A stretch of 64,000 bases of DNA from a virus, in the IMG/VR virus record IMGVR_UViG_3300008954_000025, positions 1 to 64,000 of that record. The stretch is one strand, 5' to 3'. Shown piece by piece: positions 1 through 9,352 of this stretch. The notes below the pieces were generated by a model, which ran no database searches, was not told the DNA's origin, and was given only the letters and a program-made list of their open reading frames with translations. Numbering within the stretch: position 1 is the stretch's first letter; every line of letters starts with the position of its first letter. The position numbers and the translations under genes were made by a program.

Positions 1-136
1 CCTTCGCCTTCGGCCTCGGCCTGTTCCGGCTCCATCGAGCCGAGGTCCAGTTCCGCAAAGCGCTCTGGGCGCGGCGCGAGTAGCGCGGTTCCGTGGCGGG
101 GCGCTCGCGCGCGCGTGACTGTCCGTACAGAAACTA

Positions 137-169
137 TTGCCACCCACACAGTTGTGTGGTACCACACAA
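137..169 (+). promoter_or_regulatory. Sigma70-like promoter overlapped by a perfect 18-bp palindrome (operator candidate)
   Basis: TTGCCA(137-142)-17 bp-TACCAC(160-165), TG two bases before the -10, ATG 6 nt downstream; TTGTGTGGTACCACACAA (152-169) is a perfect palindrome; a further CCACACA at 144-150. Confidence 0.6.
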
Positions 170-171
170 GA

Positions 172-465
172 ATGAGCCACACCGCGACGACGAGACGTGA
201 CTTCCTTTGGCAGTTTGCCGGGACCGCGGTAGCAGTGGTCGCTGTCGGTGCGGGGGCCCTCGCAGGCAGCGGCGCGCCTCCCGCGACCAGGGCGCTCGCG
301 ACCATTCGCATCAACGGTGAGGTGGTCGGCTACGCGCCCGAGTTCACGCTCGTCGAGCCTGGTGCGCTCGGCGATGTCGTGACCTTGGACCTCCCTTACG
401 AAGTGCTGCCAGCCACGTACAGCTGCACGTTCACATGCCCCGCCGCACGGAGCCGACGTGAGTAG
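172..465 (+). CDS. Tat-signal protein with truncated tail-tube-like domain
   Basis: MSHTATTRRDFLW twin-arginine motif, hydrophobic stretch, ALA cleavage site; remainder aligns by eye with the tail tube protein at 43605 (VGYA, LD, E..P..Y..TFT). Confidence 0.7.
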   Translation: MSHTATTRRDFLWQFAGTAVAVVAVGAGALAGSGAPPATRALATIRINGEVVGYAPEFTLVEPGALGDVVTLDLPYEVLPATYSCTFTCPAARSRRE

Positions 466-1288
466 TGACGGCGATGGGACCGAACCGTACGGCATGTTCG
501 CGCTCTCACTCTTCTACGACGACCTGCAATCTACCTTGCCGCATGAATGGCACTCAACCGAAGGGACTCCAATGAAACCACAACACCTCCGATACCTGCT
601 CCGAGACTCCCGGACCCCGAAGCGTTCCGAGGAGCGCGGCATGGACCTTCCGGACGCGGCTTGGCAGCTGCTCGACGACGGCGCCGAGCTCCGCGTCCAC
701 GAGACGTTCGGACCGTTCGTGCTCACCGCGACTGAAGGTGCCGGCTACGGCGAACTGGCGTGGGCCGGACGCGAGAAGCTACCCGAGGCGGTCGCCGCGG
801 CGTACGCGGCGCAGCGCGCGACTCGAGGCGTCGACGACGTCGAGTGGCGGGGCGAGTGGCCGACGGACCCCGGGTTCTACTGGTTCTTCGGCCGGCGCGC
901 CGAGGACCGGCTCTCGGAGCCGCCCGGCCTGCACGTGGCCCGCGCCGAGGTCATGGTGGAGTCGTTCCTCACTGGCGACGGCGAGCGCAAGACGCGCGAG
1001 TTCCTGCTGGTCACGAGTGACGGGCGCCCGATCGTCCGCGGCCAAGGCTTCACGCAGGGCATGTGGGCTCCGGTGCACACGCCCGACGAGGACGACCTGC
1101 CGGCCGAGGCGTTCGCGGTGCTGCCGCCTCCGGACCCGCAGCAGGGCGGCGCGCTGGTGCACTGCGTCCGCGGCGGCGCGAGCCTGTGCGGTGCGCAGAT
1201 CGGGGCCCGCGACACGGTCGCCCGGACCACCCAGCTCGCGCTGATCTCGTGCCCCACGTGCCGCGCCGCGGCGGAGCGTGTCGGCTGA
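458..1288 (+). CDS. Hypothetical phage protein with C-terminal Cys/His zinc-finger-like motif (start may be ATG 572)
   Basis: Coding-like codon usage; WPTDPGFYWF motif; HC..LC..CPTC; stop overlaps next ATG. Confidence 0.65.
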   Translation: MSSDGDGTEPYGMFALSLFYDDLQSTLPHEWHSTEGTPMKPQHLRYLLRDSRTPKRSEERGMDLPDAAWQLLDDGAELRVHETFGPFVLTATEGAGYGELAWAGREKLPEAVAAAYAAQRATRGVDDVEWRGEWPTDPGFYWFFGRRAEDRLSEPPGLHVARAEVMVESFLTGDGERKTREFLLVTSDGRPIVRGQGFTQGMWAPVHTPDEDDLPAEAFAVLPPPDPQQGGALVHCVRGGASLCGAQIGARDTVARTTQLALISCPTCRAAAERVG

Positions 1289-1530
1289 TGGGCATCAAGG
1301 TCCTCGCGCGCGTCGAGTGCGACAAGCACGGCTGCAAACACCTCGTGTACCGCACCTACGGCGGGCGCACGGGCCGGAAGCCGTCGAACGACACCAACGA
1401 GATCGTGCGCCTGCGCAACGAGGGCTGGAGCGTGATCACGGGCGGCTACCCATCGACGTTCGATGACGTGCGCGTGGTGCTGTGTCCGGAGCACGCCGTC
1501 GAGGAGCCAAGGAAGGACGCACGAGCATGA
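1288..1530 (+). CDS. Small hypothetical protein with Cys motifs
   Basis: TGATG coupling at 1288; CDKHGC ... GW ... LCPEH. Confidence 0.65.
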   Translation: MGIKVLARVECDKHGCKHLVYRTYGGRTGRKPSNDTNEIVRLRNEGWSVITGGYPSTFDDVRVVLCPEHAVEEPRKDARA

Positions 1531-1808
1531 ACGACGACAACGTGCGCAGCAGCCTGCTGCAGCTGCTCGAGTTCGGGATGTACGCCACCGAGTGGCGGCG
1601 CCGCACCGACGACAAGTACGCCGTCGCGGTCAGCTACCACAACATCATCATCAGCCGGCAGTTTTGGAAGTGGTCCGTCAAAGAGGACTTCGCCTTCGGG
1701 CGCCGCGTCGTCGCTGGCGAGTCCGGTCCGGAAGTCGAGGAGCTGCTCGCCGAGGTGCAAGCCGCTTTGCGGTACTTGCGGTCCCTGCGCCCGGAGGAGG
1801 ACTCGTGA
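1527..1808 (+). CDS. Hypothetical protein
   Basis: AAGGA RBS, ATGA overlap with previous ORF. Confidence 0.6.
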   Translation: MNDDNVRSSLLQLLEFGMYATEWRRRTDDKYAVAVSYHNIIISRQFWKWSVKEDFAFGRRVVAGESGPEVEELLAEVQAALRYLRSLRPEEDS

Positions 1809-1866
1809 CCGCGAACGTCGACACGGTGAAGACCCAGCTCCGCGTCTAACAAGGAGGAGAGACCTG

Positions 1867-3315
1867 ATGGACATCTTGAAAGCACACGCCGCCGTACAGT
1901 CGATCGACGCGGACGGGACGCCGCACGTACTCGTCGAGGTCGAGTGGTCCGAGAAGCTGCGGAGGGCGCACCGCAACTCGCCGACCGGCGCGCCCGCAAC
2001 CAGCGTTGCGCTCGTCGCGCCCGGCACGTCGTCCATCCGCGGCCCGCAGCCGCGTGACCCGGCGACCGAGCAGGAGCTTCGGGGCGAAGGCGCGCGCCTG
2101 CGAGAGCAGGCCAAGCGTCTCCGGAGGCGGCTGTTTGCCGAGAGGCGGCGGACCGCGTCCACGCGTGCACTGGCGCCGGCGGAGTGGCCGGCGATCGACA
2201 TCGTCGTGTCCGCCCTCGGCGACTTGCCGCCGAACCCCATCGTCGCGCTGCGGACCGATCAGCCGTACCCGTCCACGATGATCGCGGCGTTGCGGGCGGC
2301 GCTGGCCGCACGGTTCGGTGCCGGCACGCAGGTCTTCATGCTGCACGCTGGCGACACGCTGGAACCCAGCGACGAAGCCGAGCGCGAAGCGGCGATGCAG
2401 CAGACCTGGCATGCGCGGGCGCAGCGGCTGATCGCCGAGCTCATGGAGCTCGCTGCCACCTCGGGCGAGCATCGGAGCCTGCCGGACGGCGGTTCGGAAC
2501 GCAGCCCGATCTCGCGCCTGCGCCGGCGACCCCTCGTACACCTGGCCGAAGACGAGGTCAGCTTCCGCGTGGGCTGGTTCGAGTCCGAGGCGCTCAAGTC
2601 CGTCGCGGAGATCGCCGAGCACGAGGACGCGGTGTTCGCAGGCGAGGTCTGCGACCAGGTCCGCGACACGCTCCAAGCGCTCGAGGACCTCGGAGCTGAC
2701 GAGTGGTCCGACCGGCAGTACGCCGGCGAGGGCAGTCGAGCGCTCGGGCGTCCCGGAGGTATCATCGACCTGCTTCAGCGCTTGATGGACCAGCTCGTAG
2801 AGCTTCGGGCCAACGCGCGCCTGGACGCGTGCGCCGTGGACCGGGTCCTCGTCGAGCCGTGGAGCCAGTGCACGAAGTGCGGCGCCCACCTGTGCTCGGA
2901 TGGCGCGTGCGTATCGGCGCACTGGGCCAAGATGCACACTGACGTCGAGATGCCGCAGGACATGTTCGACGCCGTGACGCCGCGTCCTGGCACCGAGTCA
3001 CGGCGTGTCGTCGTTCCGGACGGCGCACCGACCTACGAGGTCGAGGACATCTTCGTCTCGATGAAGCACGGCGGTAATCGCGTCGCGCTGGTGCGTCCCG
3101 GTGAGTTGCCGCTGCCGTTCAAGGACTCGCTGGCGTGGTTCGAGGACGTACGGAACCTCGGAACCACGGCCCACCCGAAGTGGGCAGGTAAGAAGCTCGT
3201 GCGCATCCTCGACGTGCAGCGTGTCGGCGGCAGCATCGCCAGCGTGCAGCGTTCCGAGAACGACAGCTACGGCCTGCTGTTCGACGAAGGCTGCTTCGAC
3301 GGAGGCTTGCTGTGA
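1867..3315 (+). CDS. Hypothetical, probably multi-domain phage protein
   Basis: Strong AAGGAGG RBS, 482 aa ORF, CTKCGAHLC motif. Confidence 0.7.
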   Translation: MDILKAHAAVQSIDADGTPHVLVEVEWSEKLRRAHRNSPTGAPATSVALVAPGTSSIRGPQPRDPATEQELRGEGARLREQAKRLRRRLFAERRRTASTRALAPAEWPAIDIVVSALGDLPPNPIVALRTDQPYPSTMIAALRAALAARFGAGTQVFMLHAGDTLEPSDEAEREAAMQQTWHARAQRLIAELMELAATSGEHRSLPDGGSERSPISRLRRRPLVHLAEDEVSFRVGWFESEALKSVAEIAEHEDAVFAGEVCDQVRDTLQALEDLGADEWSDRQYAGEGSRALGRPGGIIDLLQRLMDQLVELRANARLDACAVDRVLVEPWSQCTKCGAHLCSDGACVSAHWAKMHTDVEMPQDMFDAVTPRPGTESRRVVVPDGAPTYEVEDIFVSMKHGGNRVALVRPGELPLPFKDSLAWFEDVRNLGTTAHPKWAGKKLVRILDVQRVGGSIASVQRSENDSYGLLFDEGCFDGGLL

Positions 3316-3557
3316 GCGGGCGCGGCCTGGAGCGCGATGCTGCCGTCGCGGCGATGAGCGACGGCGTGCTGCACGCTGCCAACGCGCGCATGGCCGAAGC
3401 CGAGGCGCAAGGCTACTGGCGGGAGGCGCAAGAGCTCCACGCCAAGTGTCGCCAGATTCGCAGCTCGCTGCCGGCCGAGGCCGGAAGCCCTGCGCTGTGG
3501 CTCAGTGTCGGGCTGATCGTGGGCCTGACCGTCGGGCTCCTTGCCGGGAGCTTGTGA
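3312..3557 (+). CDS. Small protein with C-terminal transmembrane helix
   Basis: GTGA overlap; ALWLSVGLIVGLTVGLLAG. Confidence 0.6.
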   Translation: MSGRGLERDAAVAAMSDGVLHAANARMAEAEAQGYWREAQELHAKCRQIRSSLPAEAGSPALWLSVGLIVGLTVGLLAGSL

Positions 3558-4162
3558 TGGCGAACGTGTGGGGTGTGATGTTGACGTGTGTCGGCTGCGA
3601 CGATGGCGGCGCCCTGTTCGCGGAGGCGATGCCGAACCGCTGCACCGAGTACGCGTACCGCGACTACGACGGGCCGATGCAGGAGGTCAGTCGGGGCGGC
3701 GGCGGACAGCAGGGCTGGCACCTGGACGTGTGGCTCGGCAGCTACAAGTCCCTCAACATCGACGAGCTGGTCGACATGCTGCGCGAGTGGACGAAGGTGA
3801 AGAGCTTCAAGCGCCTCGAGGCCGGCGAGCGGCGGTTCTTCGACGCCGACCTCGTGTCGTGCTTCGTCTGCTACGAGGAGGACGGCGGCCGCTACGCTCG
3901 GCCGGTGCAGGTCTGGCCGCCAGCTCCGCTGCCCGAGGTCGACCTGCGGCCGGCGCTGACTGACGCGGCGCTCGTGCAGCAGGCGTGCAGCGGATGTAAC
4001 GGGCGCGCGACCGTCGCGACGCCGTGTCACGCCTGCGGCGCCTTCGTACCCACACTCCGGGTGCAGGTGGTCGACGGCCCGCCGGACATCTCCGGCAAGG
4101 CGATTGACCAGGCACGGGCCGAGCACGGCCTACCGCCGCTAGGAGACCCGCTCAATGACTGA
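3557..4162 (+). CDS. Hypothetical protein with C-terminal CxxC..CxxC
   Basis: Start MANVWGV coupled by TGATG; CSGC..CHAC. Confidence 0.65.
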   Translation: MANVWGVMLTCVGCDDGGALFAEAMPNRCTEYAYRDYDGPMQEVSRGGGGQQGWHLDVWLGSYKSLNIDELVDMLREWTKVKSFKRLEAGERRFFDADLVSCFVCYEEDGGRYARPVQVWPPAPLPEVDLRPALTDAALVQQACSGCNGRATVATPCHACGAFVPTLRVQVVDGPPDISGKAIDQARAEHGLPPLGDPLND

Positions 4163-5297
4163 CCACTCTGACGACCGCGCTGACGGCACCACCGCTGCGT
4201 CGAACATCGACCGGAGGTTCGCGGCGCTCAACCGCGTCCGGTACTCGCTGCCGGGTTCCGGGCTCCCCAACGGCCAGATGCCGCGCGACGGCTTCGATCG
4301 GCTGCGGCCCGCGTTCGTCATCAAGGCGCGCGAGCGCTCGCTCGACGCGCGCATCGCCGACGCGATCGCGGATGGCCGCTGTCGGGAGACGCGCCCGTTC
4401 ACGCTGTCTTGGGTCAACGGCCGGGTCGCGTGGGCGCACCCGCACGTTCCGTCGCAGACGCCGTTGCGCTACCCGCACACGCTCGAGTGGGCTGCGCGCC
4501 GCCACCCCGCGGCCCGCGCGCCGTCTCCTGACTTCGGCGAGGGCGTGCTCAAGCAGTACTACGGCCAGCAACTCTCCACCGCGCGACGACTCGCGCAGTA
4601 CGCCGCGAACCCGGACGCCGTGCTCGACCAGCTCTCGCGCTCGTCCTCGCTACCCTTCTTCCCGCCACCTGCCACCACCAACAAGGAGACCGACATGGAC
4701 AACGACGACATCCTCACCCGCAACACCACAGCCGTGACGGCCGCCGAAGCGCTGCTGCTGGCCCTGCGTGACGGCGCGCGGCCGCCGCTCGACTCGAAGG
4801 GCGTCGCGCGCCCGCGCTACCCGGGGTGGACCGACTTCAAGCTGGTGCCGCTGTCCGAGCGCAGCGACATTCCCAGCAACAGCTGGACGATCCTCGAGGT
4901 GTTCGAGCAGGCCGAGGTCGTGCTGCTCGGCTTCAAGCGCGACGACTACGTCGCCTCGGTCTGTGCCGAGCGCGACGAGGCGCTGGAGGCCGCCAAGGCG
5001 GCGCGAGCGAAGACGCGTGTCGCCGAGCAGCAGCACACCAAGCTCCAGACCGACCTCGCGGTGGCCGAGGACCGGGTCGGCGCCGCCGACCGAGAGCGCC
5101 GGCGCGTCGCCGAGATCGCCCAGGTCGATCGCCAGCTGCTCCGTCGCTTCGAGGAGGACTTCGCGACGCTCCGCAAGGAGCTGGGCGACGAGCGCCTTCG
5201 CGCCGTCCTGGGTCGCGTGGAGCCGCCGAAGCGGGAAGTCCCGGAGACCACGGGGGACCCCCGCGGTTCCAACCGCGACATCGCCGATCTGCTATGA
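4155..5297 (+). CDS. Hypothetical protein with C-terminal coiled coil; probable internal start at ATG 4695
   Basis: 380 aa ORF; internal AAGGAG-N7-ATG (MDNDDIL); heptad-rich C-terminal part. Confidence 0.6.
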   Translation: MTDHSDDRADGTTAASNIDRRFAALNRVRYSLPGSGLPNGQMPRDGFDRLRPAFVIKARERSLDARIADAIADGRCRETRPFTLSWVNGRVAWAHPHVPSQTPLRYPHTLEWAARRHPAARAPSPDFGEGVLKQYYGQQLSTARRLAQYAANPDAVLDQLSRSSSLPFFPPPATTNKETDMDNDDILTRNTTAVTAAEALLLALRDGARPPLDSKGVARPRYPGWTDFKLVPLSERSDIPSNSWTILEVFEQAEVVLLGFKRDDYVASVCAERDEALEAAKAARAKTRVAEQQHTKLQTDLAVAEDRVGAADRERRRVAEIAQVDRQLLRRFEEDFATLRKELGDERLRAVLGRVEPPKREVPETTGDPRGSNRDIADLL

Positions 5298-5512
5298 GGC
5301 GCCCGATGACGGACGCCGAGCTGGAGGCGCATCGGCTCGCCGTGGAGCAGTGCGTCCGGGAGACGCGCGCGATCGGCCGAACGCGTCGCCGCCGAACCCC
5401 TGCGCCCGGCGCGCCGTGGTGGGCCAAGCTGCTGGCCGTGCTCTTCGGTCTGTCGGTCGGCGCGGCGATAGCCGATGCGATACACGGACCGCCCACGGAC
5501 CCATGGGCCTGA
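5294..5512 (+). CDS. Small membrane protein
   Basis: ATGA overlap; WWAKLLAVLFGLSVGAAIA helix. Confidence 0.55.
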   Translation: MRRPMTDAELEAHRLAVEQCVRETRAIGRTRRRRTPAPGAPWWAKLLAVLFGLSVGAAIADAIHGPPTDPWA

Positions 5513-5636
5513 ACGCTGCAGGGGGCGCTAGGCGCTCTGTGTTGCCGCTGGCGGCGCTCTGGTACCCTGCCGAGGCCCGGACTGTTACGCGTAAAGGTGG
5601 GCGCGCTCCCCGCCGAATCGAGGGAGAACCCTAGCA

Positions 5637-5891
5637 ATGGTGACGGACAAGCAAATTGAGGTGCTCCGCGTGTTCATGGGCGCGCGGTCGGCCAACGAGC
5701 CGCCTCCGACCTTTCGGGAGCTGTGCGTGCGGTTCGGCTGGAACTCCACGGGCACGGCCCGCGACCACGTGCGCGCGCTGGGGCGGCAAGGGCTGCTCGA
5801 GGACATGGCAGGTGTGCGATCGCGGCGCTGGCGTCTGACGCGTCGGGGCGTCCGGATCGCGCAGGATGCGATCGACGCTGAGCGTGGCTGA
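5637..5891 (+). CDS. LexA-type winged-HTH DNA-binding domain only (no S24 peptidase domain)
   Basis: TDKQIEVL...PPTFRELCVRFGWNSTGTARDHVRALGRQGLL matches the LexA N-domain pattern; GGGAG RBS. Confidence 0.8.
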   Translation: MVTDKQIEVLRVFMGARSANEPPPTFRELCVRFGWNSTGTARDHVRALGRQGLLEDMAGVRSRRWRLTRRGVRIAQDAIDAERG

Positions 5892-5946
5892 CCCGCTGGG
5901 CGGCACCGGCCGCGCTTCTACCACGAACCAGCGAGGCTCGCTACTG

Positions 5947-5955
5947 TGCTAGTCT
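5947..5955 (+). promoter_or_regulatory. Extended -10 promoter, leaderless terL transcript
   Basis: TG-C-TAGTCT ending 6 nt before GTG 5962; no SD. Confidence 0.55.
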
Positions 5956-5961
5956 GCGAGC

Positions 5962-7695
5962 GTGAGCGTTCATGCGCCGCGAGTGGGCCGGAAGGTCATC
6001 GACGCGATGTGCCGCCGCTCGCTGGCCTTCTTCGCGAGCGAGAAGCTCCTAGGCGATCCAGAACCGCCCTTTTCTGGACGCTTCCTCGTCGCGCAGCACC
6101 ACGAGGAATGGTCGGACCTCATATGCAACAACGACCGTGTCTGCATCGAAGCGGCGCGAGGACATGGCAAGAGCCACTTCTTCACCCTGGCCCTGCCGTT
6201 GTGGGACGCGTTCCGGGTTAAGCGCGCCGGCCTCGACCCACCCGACTGCGTCATCTTCTCTGCGAGTCAGCGGCAGGCCCAGCGCCTGCTGAAGAAGGTC
6301 CAGATCCAGCTCGAAACGAACCCGAAGCTCGCGCACCTTCTCCCCGGCGAGCAGGAGCGCAGGCAGTGGTCGTCGCAGGGGCTCAGGCTGGCCAACGGCT
6401 ACACGATCAACGCGAGCGGGTACGGTACGAAGGTCCGCGGTGGCCACCCGCGCCTGATCGTGGTCGACGACGGGTTCAACGACAACACGGCCTACTCGGA
6501 GGTGGTGCGGGCCAAGGAGATCGACTACTTCTTCCAGGCCATCCGCCCGATGCTGATCCCCGGCGGCAAGATCGCCGTCGTCGGCACGCCGCTGCACCGC
6601 CAGGATCTCTACGCGCTGCTGTCGAAGAACCCGCAGTACCAGTTCCGCCGGTACCCCGCGATCCGCGAAGGGGAGGGGCCGAACAAGGGGCAGCCGCTGT
6701 GGCCAGAGCTCTACTCGATGGAGGACCTTCGGGCGATCGAGGAGGAGGTCAAGTCGATCCGGTTCACCCGCGAGTACCTGTGCCAGCCCGTCGCTGACGG
6801 CAGCTCGCTGTTCCCTCGGCGGCTCTTCGAGGGCGAGAACGTCGAGCAACCGGACGTGCGCCTCGGCATGCCGCTGGAGTTCTGGCGAAGGCTCGGGATC
6901 CAGTTCACGGCCATCGGTGTGGACTTCGGCCTCAGCAGCTCGGTCTCAGCGGACTACACCGTCGTGTGGACGATGGGCCTCGACAGCACAGGGAACCGGT
7001 GGATCATGGACATCTATCGGGAGAAGGGCCTCGAATACACCGAGCAGAAGAAGCTCATCGTCCATGCCGCCAAGCGCTACCAAGCCGACCTGGTCTACGT
7101 CGAGAGCAACCAGGCGCAGCGCATCTACGGTGACGAGCTCCGCAACGAGACGGACCTGCCGATCCAGAACCACAACACTGGCGAGAACAAGCACTCGCAG
7201 GTGAAGGGGCTGCCCGCGCTCCGCGTGCTGCTCGAGAACCGGAAGTACCGGCTGCCGATGGGTGACGAGCGGAGCCGCGCGCTCATCGGCGCGTGGATTG
7301 AGGAGATGCAGGGCGTCACGGTGCAGATGGGTAAGGTGGTCAGCCTGGCTGAGCACGACGACCTGCCGATGGCCAACTGGATCTGCGAGCGCGCGTTCGC
7401 CGACACCCCGTTCGACTTCAGCTTTGGCGAAGAGGACGGCGACAAGGAGGCGTTCGACGAGCTGATGCTCGACATCGCCGGCACGGGTGATCCAGCGAGC
7501 CCCGACTACATCGAGGACGACGCCTTCGTTCTGGGCGCGGAGCCCGCCGGCCGTGGTCGGCCACCGACGATCAACGCGCGCATGGTGGACGGGCACCCCG
7601 AGGACGTGTTGCACGCGACTGAGCCTCCAGCTAAGAACCAGGGGTACCCGTTCGGCGCGCCGACTGCTGCGCAGATCCTGGGAGGCGGCTTCTGA
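5962..7695 (+). CDS. terL: Terminase large subunit
   Basis: Walker A AARGHGKS, Walker B LIVVDD, VGTP coupling motif, F.REY.C, nuclease GVDFG and HDD. Confidence 0.95.
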   Translation: MSVHAPRVGRKVIDAMCRRSLAFFASEKLLGDPEPPFSGRFLVAQHHEEWSDLICNNDRVCIEAARGHGKSHFFTLALPLWDAFRVKRAGLDPPDCVIFSASQRQAQRLLKKVQIQLETNPKLAHLLPGEQERRQWSSQGLRLANGYTINASGYGTKVRGGHPRLIVVDDGFNDNTAYSEVVRAKEIDYFFQAIRPMLIPGGKIAVVGTPLHRQDLYALLSKNPQYQFRRYPAIREGEGPNKGQPLWPELYSMEDLRAIEEEVKSIRFTREYLCQPVADGSSLFPRRLFEGENVEQPDVRLGMPLEFWRRLGIQFTAIGVDFGLSSSVSADYTVVWTMGLDSTGNRWIMDIYREKGLEYTEQKKLIVHAAKRYQADLVYVESNQAQRIYGDELRNETDLPIQNHNTGENKHSQVKGLPALRVLLENRKYRLPMGDERSRALIGAWIEEMQGVTVQMGKVVSLAEHDDLPMANWICERAFADTPFDFSFGEEDGDKEAFDELMLDIAGTGDPASPDYIEDDAFVLGAEPAGRGRPPTINARMVDGHPEDVLHATEPPAKNQGYPFGAPTAAQILGGGF

Positions 7696-7796
7696 TGCAC
7701 ATCTGCCCCGAAGAGATCCTCGCGCTCGTGGCGGCGCTGCCGTTCGTCCGTGTCGCGTGGGCACGATGGAGAGGGAGGCGCGCATGCCAAAGCTGA
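7695..7796 (+). CDS. 33 aa membrane-associated peptide (not in ORF track)
   Basis: MHICPEEILALVAALPFVRVAWARWRGRRACQS, TGATG-coupled to terL. Confidence 0.45.
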   Translation: MHICPEEILALVAALPFVRVAWARWRGRRACQS

Positions 7797-9352
7797 CGCT
7801 GCGACGTTCACTGTCCTCGATGCGCGCATCCCTCGGCCTGTCGCTGTCGCCGTTCAACCACGGCGAGCGCACGCCAGGGCAGGTGCCGCAGCGCGACCCG
7901 GCGTATGCGGTGGCGCCCGAGGTGATGAAGCTGGCCACAGCGGCCGCGGTGCCCGAGGCGCAGCTGCTCCTGCGGCATTCGGCTCCGGTGTTCCGGGCCA
8001 ACGACGTCGCCAAGGGCCTGGGGCTGGATCGGCAGACGGAGAAGCGGCTGGGCAGCATGGTCCGCGACGCTGCGCACGGCGCCGTCAACGAGGCGGTCTT
8101 CCGTCAGGACCTGATGGGCCGGTTGTACAGCCAGGCCGGCCTCGAGCCGGAGCGCCGGCGGGCCGTCTTCCAGCGAGCGCTCATGTTCTGGCGGACGACG
8201 GACGGCGGCTCCGCGCGCAGGCAGACGCTGCGCAAGGGGCGCAAGACGGAGCTGCCGGTGTCGGCCGTGCGGGAGCAGGCGTCGACCAAGCTCGGCATCC
8301 CCCAGCACAAGCTCCCGCAGCGCGGGCGCGCGGACCCGGTCACGCAGGTGATGGGAGACAGCAAGCGCGCGATCCCACCCGGCTCCGTGCGCGTGCACTA
8401 CAGCAAGACGCGCGGCGGGTACGTGCGCGCGGAGAAGCTGCCGGACGGCACGTGGAAGATCTTGGGCAAGGTGCACGACAAGGACGGCGGCAGCGATAAG
8501 AAGAAGGACGCGCACCCCGAGCTGCACCCCAAGGACGAGCACCCCTCATCGCCGCCCCCAGGCAAGGAGCCCGTGCACACGCGGGACGGCAAGCCGTACC
8601 GGCGACACCCGAACCCCCCGATGACCGTAGGCAAGGCGGTCGTGTATTCTCATGGAGAAGCGGCCGCGGCCGAGGAGATGAAGAAGATGGAACGCGAAGA
8701 GCTGTTCAAGGCGATCAAGGACTTCCAGGTGCCGGCGGACGACGTCAGCAAGGGCGAGAGCATGGAGGGCATGCCGTCGCCTGGCGGCGCTGGCGGCACG
8801 ATGCAGAAGCTCGACAGCAGCGGGCACGAGAAGGACCCCGAGCAGCAGCTCAAGCCTGGCAACCCCGAGGGCCACGAGCTGGGCAACGGCGCGGGCTCCG
8901 GCGACGCCAACGGCCTGGGCAACGCCAAGCAGGGCAGCGAGGGGCTGGCCAAGGGCAGCGAGGGCGACGAGGCGCCGGCCGAGACCGTGGCCAAGGGCGA
9001 CCCCCGCGCGAACTACCCGGTGGCGATGCCGACCGCGCGCGGGACGCAGTGGACGCAGGGCCCGGACGCGCGCGTGGCCTACAGCTCCGTCGCCGACGAG
9101 CGCATCGCCAAGGCGATGGAGGACGGCACGCTGAGCCCCGAGCTGGGCGCGCCGTCCAGCTCACCGCTGTACGGCCTCAACAAGTGCGGCAACTGCGCCA
9201 CCGGGTTCAGCAAGGCGCTGACGGTGTGCCCCGACTGCGGCACCGACCGGCTGGCCGGCACCAACGTGGCGGGCCCCCGGGTGCAGCTGGCCAAGTCGGT
9301 GTCGCAGCGGCTGATGCCGCCGGCCGCGGGCGACCTGCACTTCGAGGACTAG
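7784..9352 (+). CDS. Probable internal head protein with multiple protease-type motifs and C-terminal zinc ribbon
   Basis: GGGAGG RBS before ATG 7784; VAKG, LFKA, VSKG, LAKG, IAKA, LAKS motifs; CGNC..CPDC; lies between terL and portal. Confidence 0.7.
   Translation: MPKLTLRRSLSSMRASLGLSLSPFNHGERTPGQVPQRDPAYAVAPEVMKLATAAAVPEAQLLLRHSAPVFRANDVAKGLGLDRQTEKRLGSMVRDAAHGAVNEAVFRQDLMGRLYSQAGLEPERRRAVFQRALMFWRTTDGGSARRQTLRKGRKTELPVSAVREQASTKLGIPQHKLPQRGRADPVTQVMGDSKRAIPPGSVRVHYSKTRGGYVRAEKLPDGTWKILGKVHDKDGGSDKKKDAHPELHPKDEHPSSPPPGKEPVHTRDGKPYRRHPNPPMTVGKAVVYSHGEAAAAEEMKKMEREELFKAIKDFQVPADDVSKGESMEGMPSPGGAGGTMQKLDSSGHEKDPEQQLKPGNPEGHELGNGAGSGDANGLGNAKQGSEGLAKGSEGDEAPAETVAKGDPRANYPVAMPTARGTQWTQGPDARVAYSSVADERIAKAMEDGTLSPELGAPSSSPLYGLNKCGNCATGFSKALTVCPDCGTDRLAGTNVAGPRVQLAKSVSQRLMPPAAGDLHFED

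Noticed and set aside
118-129. 12-mer ACTGTCCGTACA repeated at 44098-44109, both upstream of promoters
   Set aside because: Exact 12-mer matches are expected by chance in 64 kb and the spacing to the start codons differs
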